This document shows positions 1 through 12,984 of a DNA stretch of 63,425 nt, piece after piece. A program made the translations under genes and the position numbers. The notes beneath the pieces were generated by a model, which was given only the letters and a program-made list of their open reading frames with translations, was not told the DNA's origin and did no database searches. Source of the DNA: Octopus bimaculoides. Its lineage: Eukaryota. Each line of letters begins with the position of its first letter. The stretch's first letter is position 1. Where the stretch lies: NCBI RefSeq assembly GCF_001194135.2, contig NC_068981.1, positions 81,401,008 through 81,464,432 on the forward strand, written 5' to 3'.

Positions 1-337
1 GGTTGCATCACAGAACTCCAGCAGTCTGGTTCCCTCCTCGTTGCAGGAACCGAAGCCATAGCCTCCATGTATGCCATGGAAGCCTCCAGCACGACGTCCG
101 ACATGACCATTGAAGTCTCCAGCCACAAAGAGAAGGTCCCTGTCACTCGTCGACGAGGTAGTTTGCAAGAGGGTGTCATAGAATTGGTCTTTCAGACCAT
201 CTGGTAGTCCCGGTTGAGGTGCATAGGCTGAGATGACAGTAGCTAATCTATGATGAAGCACTAGTCTAATCTTAAGTACTCTGTCACTTACTCTAACGAC
301 CTCGATTACCTTATCCACTTACTCTAATGACCTCGAT
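1..337 (-). mobile_element. RTE-clade LINE fragment, apurinic-like endonuclease domain (continues beyond window start)
   Basis: Minus-strand translation VIEVVRVSDRVLKIRLVLHHRLATVISAYAPQPGLPDGLKDQFYDTLLQTTSSTSDRDLLFVAGDFNGHVGRRAGGFHGIHGGYGFGSCNEEGTRLLEFCDAT has the SAYAPQ and GDFNGHVG motifs of RTE endonucleases. Confidence 0.9.
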
Positions 338-377
338 AAACTTAGTGTATTTAAAGACTAGACTACATTATCTAATG

Positions 378-723
378 CAGGGGTTCTCAACCATTTTTTG
401 CCTATGGACCCTTTTGATTACTATTTTATTCTGGTGGACCCCATAGTCATTCAATGTTTAAAAAACTAGTTTTATAGAAACATCTTTCAAAATTCCTATT
501 TTATTACATATTAACTTTTGTGGGTTGAACTATATAAAACATTAAAGAAAGAAATCTAATTGTTTCTTACAATACATACCAATACATATATTTAAAGCTA
601 AATTTTTTCAGGGGCTCTTAAAATACTATTGTGGATCCCCAAATAACTTTTTTTTTTGTGTGGACTCCCAAAAATCTTATATAGATCCTCAGGAGCTATA
701 TGGATCCTGGTTGAGAATCACTG
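378..723. mobile_element. hAT-type MITE
   Basis: TIRs CAGGGGTTCTCAACC / GGTTGAGAATCACTG; 8-bp TSD atctaatg (370-377) vs atttaatg (724-731). Confidence 0.85.
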
Positions 724-792
724 ATTTAATGTATCCATCATTATAAAGTCATAGCATCTAATATGAAGAAAGCTAGTGATGTAAGTATTTAA

Positions 793-997
793 CCTTTTTG
801 ATACCAACCTGCCTGAGACTTTCTGTTTTAAAGCGATTAAAATTAAAACTTTTCATCAAAATTTCTTGTTAATTTATGTTCTAAACACTAGCTTAATAAT
901 GATAAATGATAAAGATATTTTACTAAATTCTTCATTATTTTCAAAAAATAATTGAAACAAAGCAGAGTATTTCAAAAGAAATATGGTAACAACAGGG
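793..997. mobile_element. piggyBac-like MITE
   Basis: Flanked by TTAA at 789-792 and 998-1001 with CC../..GGG termini; internal sequence resembles 16511-16732 and a fragment near 7085-7155. Confidence 0.6.
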
Positions 998-1142
998 TTA
1001 ATATTCATTATATAAAGTGTAAAGGTATATCTGAAAGCAGGACAAAATGACCTTCATATGATTATGATTTGATTTAATTTTAACCAAGAAGACTGGAAGA
1101 TAAAGTAAAAACCAATCATTAACAGACAGATTCCTCATCACA

Positions 1143-1221
1143 TCAGTCATTGTTGAGATTTCCAGTGTCTTCAGTCCCAGTGCAGTCACACTCTTCTACT
1201 AAAGCAGGACGAGTGTCATAC
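1143..1221 (-). CDS. Candidate terminal coding exon of an unidentified minus-strand gene
   Basis: Acceptor gttctttctttag|G, then a phase-2 open frame YDTRPALVEECDCTGTEDTGNLNND-TGA. No homology recognised. Confidence 0.35.
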
Positions 1222-2784
1222 CTAAAGAAAGAACCACATGAGATAAAGAGATTGCTGCAAGGGGTACCACAAGTTGTTCTTTAAAGCAAAGCTTTTGTCA
1301 TCATGTCTGCTAGTAAACCTTTTACTTGTTTCGATCATTGAATTGCAGCCATGCTGAAAGGTTTAGTAAAACAAATCAACACCGGTATTTATTTTTTAAA
1401 CCTGGTACTTATTCTGTCTTCTGCCAAACCACTAAATTATGGGGATGTAAACAAATAAACCCTGATTGTCAAGTGGTGGTTGAGTCACACACAATTGAGG
1501 GTATATATATAACCCAGGTGTTCACCTCATTAGCACTTCATGTAAGAACCTGGCTAGCATAGTGTTCCATTAAATCAGTTATATCTCAATTACTGATAAA
1601 AGAAGTAATTTGTGTATCCAAGGTATGATCCAATAGGCATGTTAATCCTCACAGAGTGAATAATTAATTTAATTGATTTGGCTTCTCTTTTCCTCAACTA
1701 ACTTACATATACAGATTGGGCTTCTCTCAGTTTCTGTCTACCAAACTGAATAACAAGGCATTGCTCAGCCTGGGGCTATAATAGAAGATACTTGACCAAG
1801 ATTTTATGCATTAAGACTAACCGTTTATATGGTGCAGATTTTTTTGCATTTTGCTGTGTACTGATGTATTTTTTAAAATTCATAATTATTTGAATTGCAA
1901 TAAATAAAATAAATATAATAAAACAAACACATGCTTACATAGTTTTTTTTCCATCTATATTATTCATAATCAGATTCAATTTTTTGAAATTTTACTGACT
2001 GTCTTGCAAATGCCATAAAAAGTTTCACTTACAGTTAGCTGAATTTTTATTTACTTACTTCTGTTTCTATCACAAATAATTAATTATTGGTTTTTATTAC
2101 AGAAATACCAATAAATTTGTAAATAATGATTTTTACACTATAAACATTACAACTCCCTATACCTTCTCCTGATTCAGTATAGGAGATGAAGTCTAATTAA
2201 AAATATCATTTACATTGTTTTTACAATTAAATATAATAGAGTTGTGTGATGTGGTGTGGTAAAAACAGCAAAGTGTGGATTGAATGCTTGCATTATGTTT
2301 TGAGTTCAAATCCTGTCAAGACCAAATTTGCTTTCAATCTCCCAGTGTTGACTAAATAAGGACTAGTCAAGTAATGACATCAAAGGAATAAGATACAACT
2401 CTCCAATTAAATTTTTTGTAATATGCTTAAGTTGAAAATCAATATCATTTTTTTTATAGCTAAAACATTTTTACAAGATAAAAATTAAAGTTAACAAGCA
2501 CAGGATCGGTTATGATAACAAGAAATAAAACAAATGAATACAAACGTGTGTTTGTGTGTGTGTGTGTGTGCATGCATGTGTACATATATATGTGTGTGCA
2601 TGTGGCTGTTATTAATTTTTGTTTACCTTGATATCTTAAGTAGTTTTTTCTTAAATCCATGACACTGTTTGGTGTCTAAGAGGTGTTTCAAAGTCAGTTA
2701 TTGCAGAAATGATAAATAATATAAGAGGTGGTATGAGGCTATTCCCTCTGAAAAAGCAGCCATTAAAATTAGTTTGCATATTAC

Positions 2785-2832
<48 letters not shown>

Positions 2833-3325
2833 TAAAAGCATTAGATATAGTAACTATGGAATGACTCAGAAAGATTCAAGTTAATACTTTGAGAAAACCA
2901 CTTGACCAAAAATATTAATTTCACTCGTAGAAACTGAAGTGTTTCTTGTCTTTGGTTTCTTAAAAAATAATGATACATCACAAAACAACATACAGTACTG
3001 TACAGACAAGATTTCATGCTGAAACAATCTCCACCCACATCAAGTGTATTAACCCTGAACTTGTAAGTTCCATTCACATGTTGGTTGGTAACAGCTTAGA
3101 AGTGATTATTTATAAATTAATCTGAATTTTCCAACTATAAACCTAATTATTTGTAAATCAGTTTAATCCAAAAGATGAAATTAACTGGCTACAACACAGA
3201 TAATACCAGATTGTCTTGCCATGATTAAGCTTAACATGCGTAAACTTAACTTGGAATAATTGCTAATTATGTAGCCACTAACACTTTGTAAACCTTGAAA
3301 ACTCTAAAGAAAGTGACTCAATGTT

Positions 3326-3375
<50 letters not shown>

Positions 3376-3423
3376 CACTCAGATACATACACACACACAC
3401 GCATATATATATGTTTATATATT

Positions 3424-3818
3424 CTTTTATTTGTTTCAGTCATTTGATTGTGGCCATGCTGGACCACCACTTTTAGTTGAATAAATTGACCTCAGGACTT
3501 ATTCATTGTAAGCCTAATACTTATTCTATCAATCTCTTTTTGCCAAACCGCTATGTTATGGAGACGTAAACACACCAACATCAGTAGTAAGCAATGGTAG
3601 GGAGGACAAACACAGACACAAACACATACATGAATATGTATACATATATATATATATCCAACGGGCTTCTTTCAGTTTCTGTCTACCAAATCTACTCACA
3701 CGGCTTTGGTCAGTCTTAGGCTATAGTAGAAAACACTTGCCCAAGGTACCACGCAGTGGGACTGAATCCGGAACCATATGGTTGGAAAACTTCTTACCAC
3801 ACAGCCAATCCTGTGCCT
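3424..3818 (-). mobile_element. tRNA-derived SINE with internal (TA/CA)n tract (family B)
   Basis: Same head/body/tail as 12985-13355, 43745-44130 and 55569-55890; followed by (GT)n(AT)n. Confidence 0.8.
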
Positions 3819-3871
3819 ATATATGTATATATGTGTGTGTGTGTGTGTCTGTGTGAGTGCATGTGTGTATC

Positions 3872-3949
<78 letters not shown>

Positions 3950-3970
3950 TTGAATAAAGTTACAACATGG

Positions 3971-5051
3971 TCTGGTTTTCATGTTTTTTATTATTGCATT
4001 TGAAAATTTTTTTGTTTGCAATGTTGAGTTGTGTTAAATATTAAAAGAAATATTTAGTAATGTTCATAAAGTTCAATTACTGCTTTCATACGTTCATAGT
4101 AATCATCAGATTTCAAAATGTATTGACTGACAGTTGAGTTGAGTGCTTGACAACTGTAGTAAAATGACTGACTTCCTCCATTTTACACCTTTTAGAAGGC
4201 TTTGGCAACCTGAATATTTTGAATATGGTCTTGACCAATCAGCATGCAGCTTAAACATCACAGTTTGCCAAGCACACCGATATTACTGGCATAGATCCCG
4301 CCTTTATTTTAACTAATTAGCTTGCAGTTTATATGTAATGGTTTTATGAGTGAGCAAACTTGTGTCATGTAGTTTGTGGAAGGAAAAACTAAGAACACTT
4401 TCTGACCACATGTTTCTATATGTTCGCTCAATGGAATTTAGTGAACATTAGTGTTCTGGATTTGTTATCTGTGAACTCATGAGCAATCCGGTAATAAATT
4501 CCCTGTCTTGCCAATGTATAGTTCCTTGCAATTAAGGTAGTAGATCAAATTTCTGCTTTTGCAGTTCATATCTGCATTTGTGAAAATCTGTCCATTTTTT
4601 GTTCTAATGGGTCTACCAGTATGCATGTATTGACACGTTCCACATCTGTTATCATTACACTTGGATACTGTGAATGTTTCATCCTATTTGTTCATGTGGA
4701 ATTTTGCCTTTCTTAATAGTTTCTTCAGGTTATGCGGTTGCGTTTTGCTTAAGATAAGTGTTTGATTAGTTATTATATTTAAAAAATTTTCACTTTGTTT
4801 CTTGATTGGCAAATTTGTTTTCATGATGTTAAAAATGTTTTGGTGATGCAGATTGTGTTACTAGGAATGGTATTGTGTTCTGTTGATGGGTTCGCCTTTC
4901 TCGTGTTGCCCTTAATTATTCTACAGGTGTTTCTTTCACTTGTTGTATGCTATTTTTTATAAGTAGGAGAGGGTATTTTTGCTTGAGCAGAACTCCATTG
5001 AGTTCTATGAGTCCTTTAAGTTCCTGGTATTTGGATCAACTACTATAGTAC
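3971..5051 (-). mobile_element. Penelope-like element 3' part: RT linker, GIY-YIG endonuclease, 3' pseudo-LTR
   Basis: Degenerate minus-strand translation LLKQKYPLLLIKNSIQ..IPFL..SKTQPHNLKKLLRKAKF..SKCNDNRCGTCQYMHTG..MNCKSRNLIYYLNCKELYIGKTG..HR..SEHIETCG..FPFHKL. The CxxxxCxxC linker followed by IY..YIG is typical of Neptune-type PLEs. Confidence 0.85.
4075..4112 (-). ncRNA. Second copy of the hammerhead-like motif (left arm)
   Basis: Identical core and helix II; helix III loop is GCAG instead of GCAC. Confidence 0.4.
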
Positions 5052-5423
5052 AATTTTTCCTCATTATCGGATCACTCATGAGTTCACAGACAACAAATCC
5101 AGAACAATAATGTTTGCCAAATTACATTGAGCGAACACAGAGACACATGTGATCAGAAAACGTTTCTAATTTTTCCTTTCCACAAACTACATGACACAAG
5201 TGAGGTTGGAAGGAAGATAAAAGAAAAATGCTCCATTAAAATGTTCAAACCTGTTCTGAACAGAAATAACAATAATATAACAACCAGTTGATGATGTGAA
5301 TTAAAAAATATCTTAAACATATGAATATAAACAAATTACAGAAGACTCCCACTAATTGAAATACAAACGATCGAAACCAATTAAGTTTGCTCACTTATAA
5401 AACCATTACATGTAAACGGTAAG

Positions 5424-5580
5424 CTGATTGGTTAAAATAAAGGCGGGATCTATGCCAGTAATATCAGTGTGCCCAGCAAACTGTGATGTTTAAGCTGCAT
5501 GCTGATTGGTCAAAACCATATTTGTACCGTTCAGCTTGTCGGAGCCTTCTAAAAGGTATAAAAATGAAGAAGTCAGTCAT
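5424..5580 (+). promoter_or_regulatory. PLE pseudo-LTR promoter: two reverse CCAAT boxes, TATA box, Inr-like TCAGTC
   Basis: gctgattggtt ~5424, gctgattggtc ~5501, TATAAAA 5557-5563, tcagtc ~5574; the CCAAT boxes are mirrored in the left arm. Confidence 0.5.
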
Positions 5581-5631
5581 TTTACTACAGCTGTCTAGTA
5601 TTGAACTCAACTGTCAGTCAATACATTTTGA

Positions 5632-5669
5632 AATCTGATGATTACTATGAACGTATGAAAGCACTAATT
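5632..5669 (+). ncRNA. Minimal type I hammerhead-like motif in PLE pseudo-LTR
   Basis: aat CTGATGA T TAC-tatgaac-GTA T GAAA GCAC T A att; helix I is 3 bp and a U.U pair occupies 10.1/11.1. Confidence 0.45.
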
Positions 5670-6274
5670 GAACTTTATGAACACTACTAAATATTTTTTT
5701 AATGTTTAACAGACTTCAACATTGTAAAAAATTTTTTTTAAATACTGTAATAAAAAACATGAAAACCAGAAACAAATTAGTACAACATGGAAAAAACATC
5801 TTAATATACGTTAACAAAATTTCTGGAAGGCATACAAATATAAAAATTATGTTGAGATATACACAGATTGGATTGAGTCAGACACACCCATACTTTACTG
5901 TAAATTCTTAAAGAAATTATAGGAGAACAGGAGGAAGAAACAAAACTAAGATGGGCGCTATGTCAAAATTGAGGACAGACATCTCTAGCAATCTAAGTAA
6001 AGATTCTTGATTCAAGACAAAATATGAAATGGTAGACAATGAAATTATCAAGACAATATCGAAAATAGCCATGGGAAACATAGCTGAGAATATGAAAGAG
6101 ATGTGGATTAAAGATATTACAAAAGAAGAAAGTAAATCAAGATATTTATGGTAAAAGAAACAATTGCTCCTTGATAAATATGCTGCAAACTATGATAATG
6201 ACACCTCAGTACCACATGAAAGAAATATAGTTAATGTTAAAATAATGATGACAAATACTGACAATGATGATGAC

Positions 6275-6310
<36 letters not shown>

Positions 6311-6597
6311 ATGCGTTCAGGCTACCATTGGTTTTATGTTAAGGAATTTACCAACAATTTTCAAGCCTTTCACATGGAACATCAGTGTTCATTTCCATTT
6401 TTGATTACTACACAAATAAAGAATTTTTTACCCACAAATGTGGTGTTTAGAACTCATCCTCATTGTTCAATATTACGTATATATCATCATCATTTAACAT
6501 CTGCTGTCCATGCTAGCAGGGGTTGGACGGTTTGACCAGGCTGGCATGCTAGAAGGCTGCACCAGACTCTAGTCTGATTTGGTATAGTTTTCTACAG

Positions 6598-6639
<42 letters not shown>

Positions 6640-8094
6640 AGTGCATGTATATATATATATATATATGAATGCATGTATATATACATATGCATACATGCAC
6701 ACATGCTTGCATACACACACACAAACACACACACATATACACTGTTTCAATAACATGCAGTAATTGCAATAATTGAGTATTTGTGCCGCTGAATGGACTA
6801 AAATGGGCTGAAGGGGGTTAGTCAATTATATTGACCCCAGTGCTCAACTGGTACTTATTTCATCAGCCATCAAAAGGATGAAGGGCAAAAATGACTTTGA
6901 CAGAATTTGAACTCAGAATGTAAAGACAGATGAAATGCTGTTAGACATTCTCTCCATCTTTACGTTCCAATTTCAGTCTTTGCATTCTTAGTTAAAGTGT
7001 CAGATGAAATGCTGCTCAGCATTTTGTCTGGCATGCCAATGATTCTGCAAGCTGACTATCTTACACACCATTTTAATAATGACAATTATTTTACTAAATT
7101 CTTCATTATTTTCAAAATCAATTGAAAATAAAGGCAGTGTATTTCAACAGAAATAACAGAAAAGCATTAAAGGAAAATGTTGGATTAACAGCATTGTATA
7201 TGGGGCTGAAGTTTTCATAAGCTGCAGGCTCCTCAACCATCTACACAAGATTCACCTAGCAAACAGAGGAACCTGTATGTGTTTTCTCAACTTCTTAGAA
7301 ATAGGGAAGAGCATTGCTACAGAGGAAGAACTGTATTTGGTTTCAAAGTACAGCTGTAAACTCTAAAAATCTACCCAGAAATTCTGAAGAAGTTACCTAT
7401 TCATATACACTAATACTGACACACTATCAATTACGAGTGTTCCAGTTGATCTAATCATGCAATTAACATGCAAGTGGCTGAGCACTCCACAAATGCATGC
7501 ATCTTTAATATAATTCTCAAGGAGATTCAGTGTCACAAAATGTGACAAAGCTAGCTCTTTGAATTACTGGTACAACTTGTTTTTGCTAGCTAGTGGGTTG
7601 AAGCAATGTGAAATAAAGTGTCTTCCTTGAGGACACAACACACTGGCAAGAATCAAACTCACAACCTTATGATCAGAGTTGAATACCCGAACAACCAAGC
7701 CATGTGCCTTCACTACCTATTCATATAACTATCCATAATTGTACTATATTCCATTAAGAGGTTGCATTCTGCCATTCTGCAAATGCTTGAAAGACTAATT
7801 AGGACATCTCATGAACTGGAACCTATACAAAATGCATAGGATTTGCAAAATGCATACATACTTTTACAAATTATACAAACCTACACACATACTTCAGATA
7901 TATACCAAATCACAGCACAATGAGAAGACAGATAGGTGACAGAAAAAAATCATTTATTTAGAGCAATTAATGCAGAAAATAGGTGAACACAATGGTTAAA
8001 AAGGAGTGTATTCCTCAATGGTTGAACTATAAATATTCATCATTGTTATAGAAATTAGACATACAGTAAAGTTACTATTAGAGACATCACTTAC

Positions 8095-8123
8095 ATATTC
8101 AGGTAGAGTTAACTCAGTATTTC
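8095..8123 (-). CDS. Candidate 29-nt micro-exon
   Basis: Acceptor tttcctttttagttttag| and donor |gtaagt; one open frame (G/R)NTELTLPEY. Confidence 0.4.
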
Positions 8124-8759
8124 CTAAAACTAAAAAGGAAATACAAACACTTAAGTATGTCCAATACATTACAATTCTTCTCACAGCACAGAAGCTTAAA
8201 GTATTATGAGCCAGTGAGAGTGCTTCTTCATAGTCATTTGACCAGTAAGAAGTAGCAGTCATATCTCCCTCAAATCACACCCTACCAGCTTAAAAATGGA
8301 CAAAATGGATAATGTAGAGTCTGAGATACATTTAACCTGAAAGAAGCAATGAGTGGGTAATGGTTAGAATACCTTTGAGCTTGATCATAGCTCTACTCAT
8401 TTAGGGCTGATCTGGGACTAAACAACAACTCAGATTTTATAATGATTATTTATAAGCAAGTGATAGAGAGATAGACACATGGTTCATGTCAATGTCTTTA
8501 TTGGTCTTATTCAATATCAAATTGCTTCATACATAAGTATATGAAATATGGTTTATATTAAAAAAACCTTATCCCTCATCCTATTACTAAATTCACCATA
8601 AAATGTTATGTGGTAATAAGTAAAATACACAACAGTGCTTTTTGTAAAAACTCAAAAACATATTTTAATACTTCTTTGGCAAGTAGCTAGAAGTGGAGTA
8701 GTTTACATGACTTCTTCATTTCTAAAAGACAAGAACAAACACACACACACGCATACACA

Positions 8760-8918
8760 CGCTTCTAAAACACAAAGTCAGAAAACATATTTCTAAAAAA
8801 CATCAACAGAAAACACATTTTTAAAACATAGCACATTTCTAAAACACATAAACAAAAAATACATTTTAAAAACACAAAAACAGAAAGCATTTCTAAAACA
8901 CAATAACAGAAAACACAA
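8760..8918. repeat. Degenerate ~27-bp minisatellite
   Basis: Recurrent catttctaaaacac(a)...cagaaa units. Confidence 0.6.
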
Positions 8919-9179
8919 AATGATTTTCAAAATTAAAAAAAAGAAACATTTACTTTTCTTGATTTATGAACATTGCAAGCCAATGTACTCAGTTGCTTTC
9001 AAATGTTTTAGTACTACTGTCTTGGTGGCTATCAAAATGACATTTAAATGTGTGGGGAAGGCGTCTAAAATTCTTATAAGCACTCATCATCAAATAATTT
9101 TTCTTCTTTTTCTAGTTTTTCCTATTTTGGAAACTAAATTGGAGGAAAGAGGATGATACTCTCGAAAATTCTTTCCAAA

Positions 9180-10870
9180 AGTCTTGATTCATCCCATTGA
9201 ACTAATAAAGATACATGCACTTGAAGACACATATGGTTGAGTAATTCTTTGAGATGCTGATATTGTGGAATTTTGGTCATTTTTTATCTTAATCCTAAGT
9301 ATTGTAACTGCTTGGTGAATTTCATTTTCAAATGAAAGATTGAGTTGAATTGAACACTTTCTCTTTATCACCTCATATTTGATTGAGGCCTATTCAAACA
9401 GATTTATCATCATCACCAGTGCTTAAAAAGTTTCACTATATAGATTCTGAAAGAATTGATATATTTTTGACTATATCCAGGTGGTCACACTCAACCAATC
9501 TTAAAATTCTCAGGAATAGTTAAGGATCTATCAATTAAGTGCAGGATACAATTTTACCAGAATAGAGGGAATTAATTGGCATAAATTGTACAGATAAACC
9601 AATGCCAATATTAAAACCGATGCCCAAATGAAGAAACTTTCTAACAGAGTTACTTATCGTATTATACTGAATCTCTATATGATATCTAACAGCATCAAAC
9701 TATAATAGTTTTGTTTCCAACCATGGTAAAGGATAAAGAACCCCCTTCGGTCATGAATGACCATGGGATTGCACCTAGAAAGTTCCCCTCTAAGGCACAA
9801 GTCCAGGCAAAGTTGTGTATGGAAAACCAGCAGTTGCCCATGCCTGCCTTTCCTTTCCACATAACTGATGTTATCCAAGGGAAAGGCAAAGGTCGATACA
9901 GCTTGGCACCAGTGATGTCACAACTTATTTCTATAGGTGAGTGAACTGGAGCAACCTGAAATAAAGTGTGTTGCTCAAGAACACAACACACAGCTTGGTC
10001 TGGGAATTGAACTTACTACCTCATGATTGTGATTCCAATGCTCTAACCACTGAGCCATGTGCATTCACTTTCAACCATGAATTAATTGATTTTTGATCTA
10101 TTAATTCCAATCAGTTCTGCTTTTGAATTGCTGGCATCTCCAGTTATTCTCAAAGCTTCAATGATATCTCTTGGAATTACAACATTATAGTTAGATATAA
10201 TGAAACACCTGTTAACATGCATCATTGCTGTTCTGTATATTAAACATTTCCCATCCTGTATTACTGCATGCATGCATTTTAAGATTTTTAATTTATATGC
10301 TTTGCAGCTTCTTGTATTCCATACATCAAAACTATAGTTCTGTAACCTTAAATTATTTGAATATACAGATATCTAGTGAAGGTGTTGATCGTAGTGCTGA
10401 AATGAAATTAGACAACTTTTCAATCCTGTGCACTATTATAGCTGATATATGATCCATATACAAAATATAATGAAGTTGGAGCTGAATTCCTTTAGCTTCT
10501 GCAAATGGTCTTTCTACATGTCTGTATTTTGAATTAATCATGGTTCCCTGCCAATATGAATCCTTTTTTTCTCTGAATATGTTTGTTTAAATTTCCTTTT
10601 GAAATCAACTATTGTTACGTTCACCTGATTGGGGGGATCCTAGCAATTCCAATGCCTCATCAATGGCTTCTCTTTGAAATTTAATTCCAATTCTGTAAAT
10701 TATGTAGATAATAATTTTCTCACAACATAAATTGTCAAATAATCATCTAACAATTTATAATGAACTGGCTTGACTACACGTTTGATGTATTCCATTACTC
10801 AAGATGCATGTAACATGAAAACTAACTGGTGATCCAAGATGAGATTAAAATGCTTAATTTGGGTTAATGA
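9180..10870 (-). mobile_element. Highly decayed non-LTR RT remnant interrupted by a SINE
   Basis: Fragments such as IGIKFQREAIDEALELLGSP and ERPFAEAKGIQ..YILYMDHIS loosely follow non-LTR RT motifs; many stops. Confidence 0.3.
9725..10070 (-). mobile_element. tRNA-headed SINE with LINE-like tail (family C)
   Basis: Colinear with 35123-35457; B-box-like ttcaattcc and cttgagcaacacactttatttc body. Confidence 0.75.
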
Positions 10871-11023
10871 CACTACATTTTAGAGCATTTTCCTATATGT
10901 GTATTCTGAAAAATTTTCCAATACTGTTATAAGAAGTTTAGTGTCATTTTCAATATCTGCAAGAATTTGTCAAAGATGTCAGACAACAAAATACCAGGTA
11001 CATGGTCTTTTCTTTTTATGCGC

Positions 11024-11310
11024 CCTTTTCAAGCCTAGCCAGGCTCATGGGCCCGGTTTCCCGGTTTCTATGGCGTATGTGTTCCCCCCAGCTGGACGGG
11101 ACGCCAGTTCATCGCAGCGTTACTCAAGAAACAGTGAGACAAAGTTGGGGCGAAAGAATACAACAGGAATCGCCACCACCCCCTGCCAGAGCCTCGTGGA
11201 GCTGTAGGTGTTTTCGCTCAATAAACACACACAACACCCGGTCTGGGAATCTAAACCGCGATCCTCCGACCACGAGTCCGCTGCCCTAACCACTGAGCCA
11301 TTGCGCCTCC
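11024..11310 (-). mobile_element. Chimeric SINE: family-A head joined to a different tail
   Basis: Head as in 15926-16309; tail as in 16733-16810 and 29638-29750; 10-bp TSD tacatggtct at 10999-11008 and 11313-11322. Confidence 0.8.
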
Positions 11311-11749
11311 GATACATGGTCTACTGCTTCTTTTACTTTCTGATTTATATTACAGCTTTCACTATTTTATTGAATGAAGAATTTCACTAAATCATTTTCA
11401 TTTGCAATGTTCTTTATATATCAGCAGAGTTAACTGGTGCTAATATTCTTTTGAATCCTTTTCAGAAAATCAATTTCCTCACCACCAGTTATTAACTTCT
11501 CTATCATTGATCATAAACTTCACCCTTTGATTGTATCATAACTTTACCACTTTTGATTGTTTTATATCAAATATAACTCTTTTCCAGACAATTTTTCAAT
11601 CTTCTAGATTTCATATACTTGAAATTTTAAAAAACTTTTGGTATGATATCTCTTCCAAATCTAAATTCATTTTTTAGATATTTTTTGTTGCATGATCCTG
11701 CAAGTGAAGCGATAACTACTGAATGTAGAGTAGATTTTTGAGAGACAAG

Positions 11750-12140
11750 ATATTTACCTGCCACATTCAAGCGAAATCGTGATGGCACCTGTGTCCAGCG
11801 TCGCCTTTCTAGCACTTGTGCCAGTGGCACATGTAAAGACATTCGAGTGAGATCGTTGCCAGTGCCACTGGACTGGCTCCTGTGCAGGTGGCACGTAAAA
11901 TACACCATTTTGAGCGTGGATGTTGCCAGTACCGCCTGAATGGACCTCGTGCCGGTGGCACATAAAAGCACCCATTACACTCTCGGAGTGGTTGGCGTTA
12001 GGAAGGGCATCCAGCTGTAGAAACTCTGCCAAATCAGACTGGAGCCTGGTGTAGCCATCTGGCTCGCCAGTCCTCAGTCAAATTGTCTAACCCATGCTAG
12101 CATGGAAAGCGGACGTTAAACGATGATGATGATCATGATG
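11750..12140 (+). mobile_element. RTE-type 3'-tail repeat ending in (GAT)n
   Basis: gttggcgttaggaagggcatccagctgtagaaac..catggaaagcggacgttaaacgatgatgatg; related tails at 42330-42660, 6475-6590 and 30170-30280. Confidence 0.7.
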
Positions 12141-12984
12141 ATTCAAGTATTGAAGATTCTGAATCGTTGGGATGTAGAATTTTGCAAATAACCATCATAG
12201 TATGTACTGAAAAAAATGTATTATTTTTGCTAATTGCACATACAATTAGCAGAAAAGTTAGAGCACAGGAAAAGCTGCTTTGTGATAATTTATTTCAACT
12301 CTTTACATTTTGAGTTCAAATCCTGCCAAGGTCAACTTTGCCTTTCGTCCTTTCAAGATCAATAAAATAGAGTACCAGTGAAGTGCTAGGATCAATGATA
12401 TCAACTAATCACCTCCTTATAAAACCACTGACCTTGTGCTTTTATCAGAAGCAATTATGTTTTCCTTTTATTCCAGCCTTAGCAGATTGGTATCTCTATT
12501 GTAAAGTTTCCATCAATATTTAACGCTTTTTTTTTCAATGTCTAATACATGTACGTTAACCTTAATTTCTTTGACTACTACCACATTTATTAGGTCAAGT
12601 TCGTCATTTGACTCGCTGAAACCAACATATGAAGGACCACTACATTTTCTTTATGACTTGACACTTAATAAATATGACACAAACATGACCAATTACTACA
12701 TTTAAAGCATTTACTGCATCTAGCTTTATGATATTTGCATGTTAGTACCATAATGTGACAGAATTACTACTGAACTGTTACATGATGCAATCTTTGTGTC
12801 ACATGTTTTTCCTTACTAGCATGGGTTCCGACAGAGACTTGAGATGGGAATTTAAAACTAGATGCTTTATCTGTTGCAAAGCTACATCTTTGAAATAAGC
12901 GATATCATTATTCTACAGGTCTTTAAAAGCATAGATTACCTAATCATAATATCAATATGGAATATGTAAAAAAAAACATTGAGC

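Larger units (their letters stand above)
5052..6160 (+). mobile_element. Inverted copy of the same PLE: GIY-YIG C-terminus, pseudo-LTR and start of ORF
   Basis: Reverse complement of 3971-4500 plus an extra segment at ~5200-5380 (EVGRKIKEKCSIKMFKPVLN). After ATG 5759 it reads TWKKHLNIR*QNFWKAYKYKNYVEIYTDWIESDTPILYCKF, which resembles PLE N-termini. Confidence 0.75.

Noticed and set aside
3961-5790. tacaacatgg flanking the fold-back as a 10-bp Mutator/Foldback-type TSD
   Set aside because: The right copy is offset 10 bp from the arm end and lies within the PLE ORF start (T-T-W codons). The spacer encodes GIY-YIG, so the structure is a PLE inversion, not a DNA transposon.
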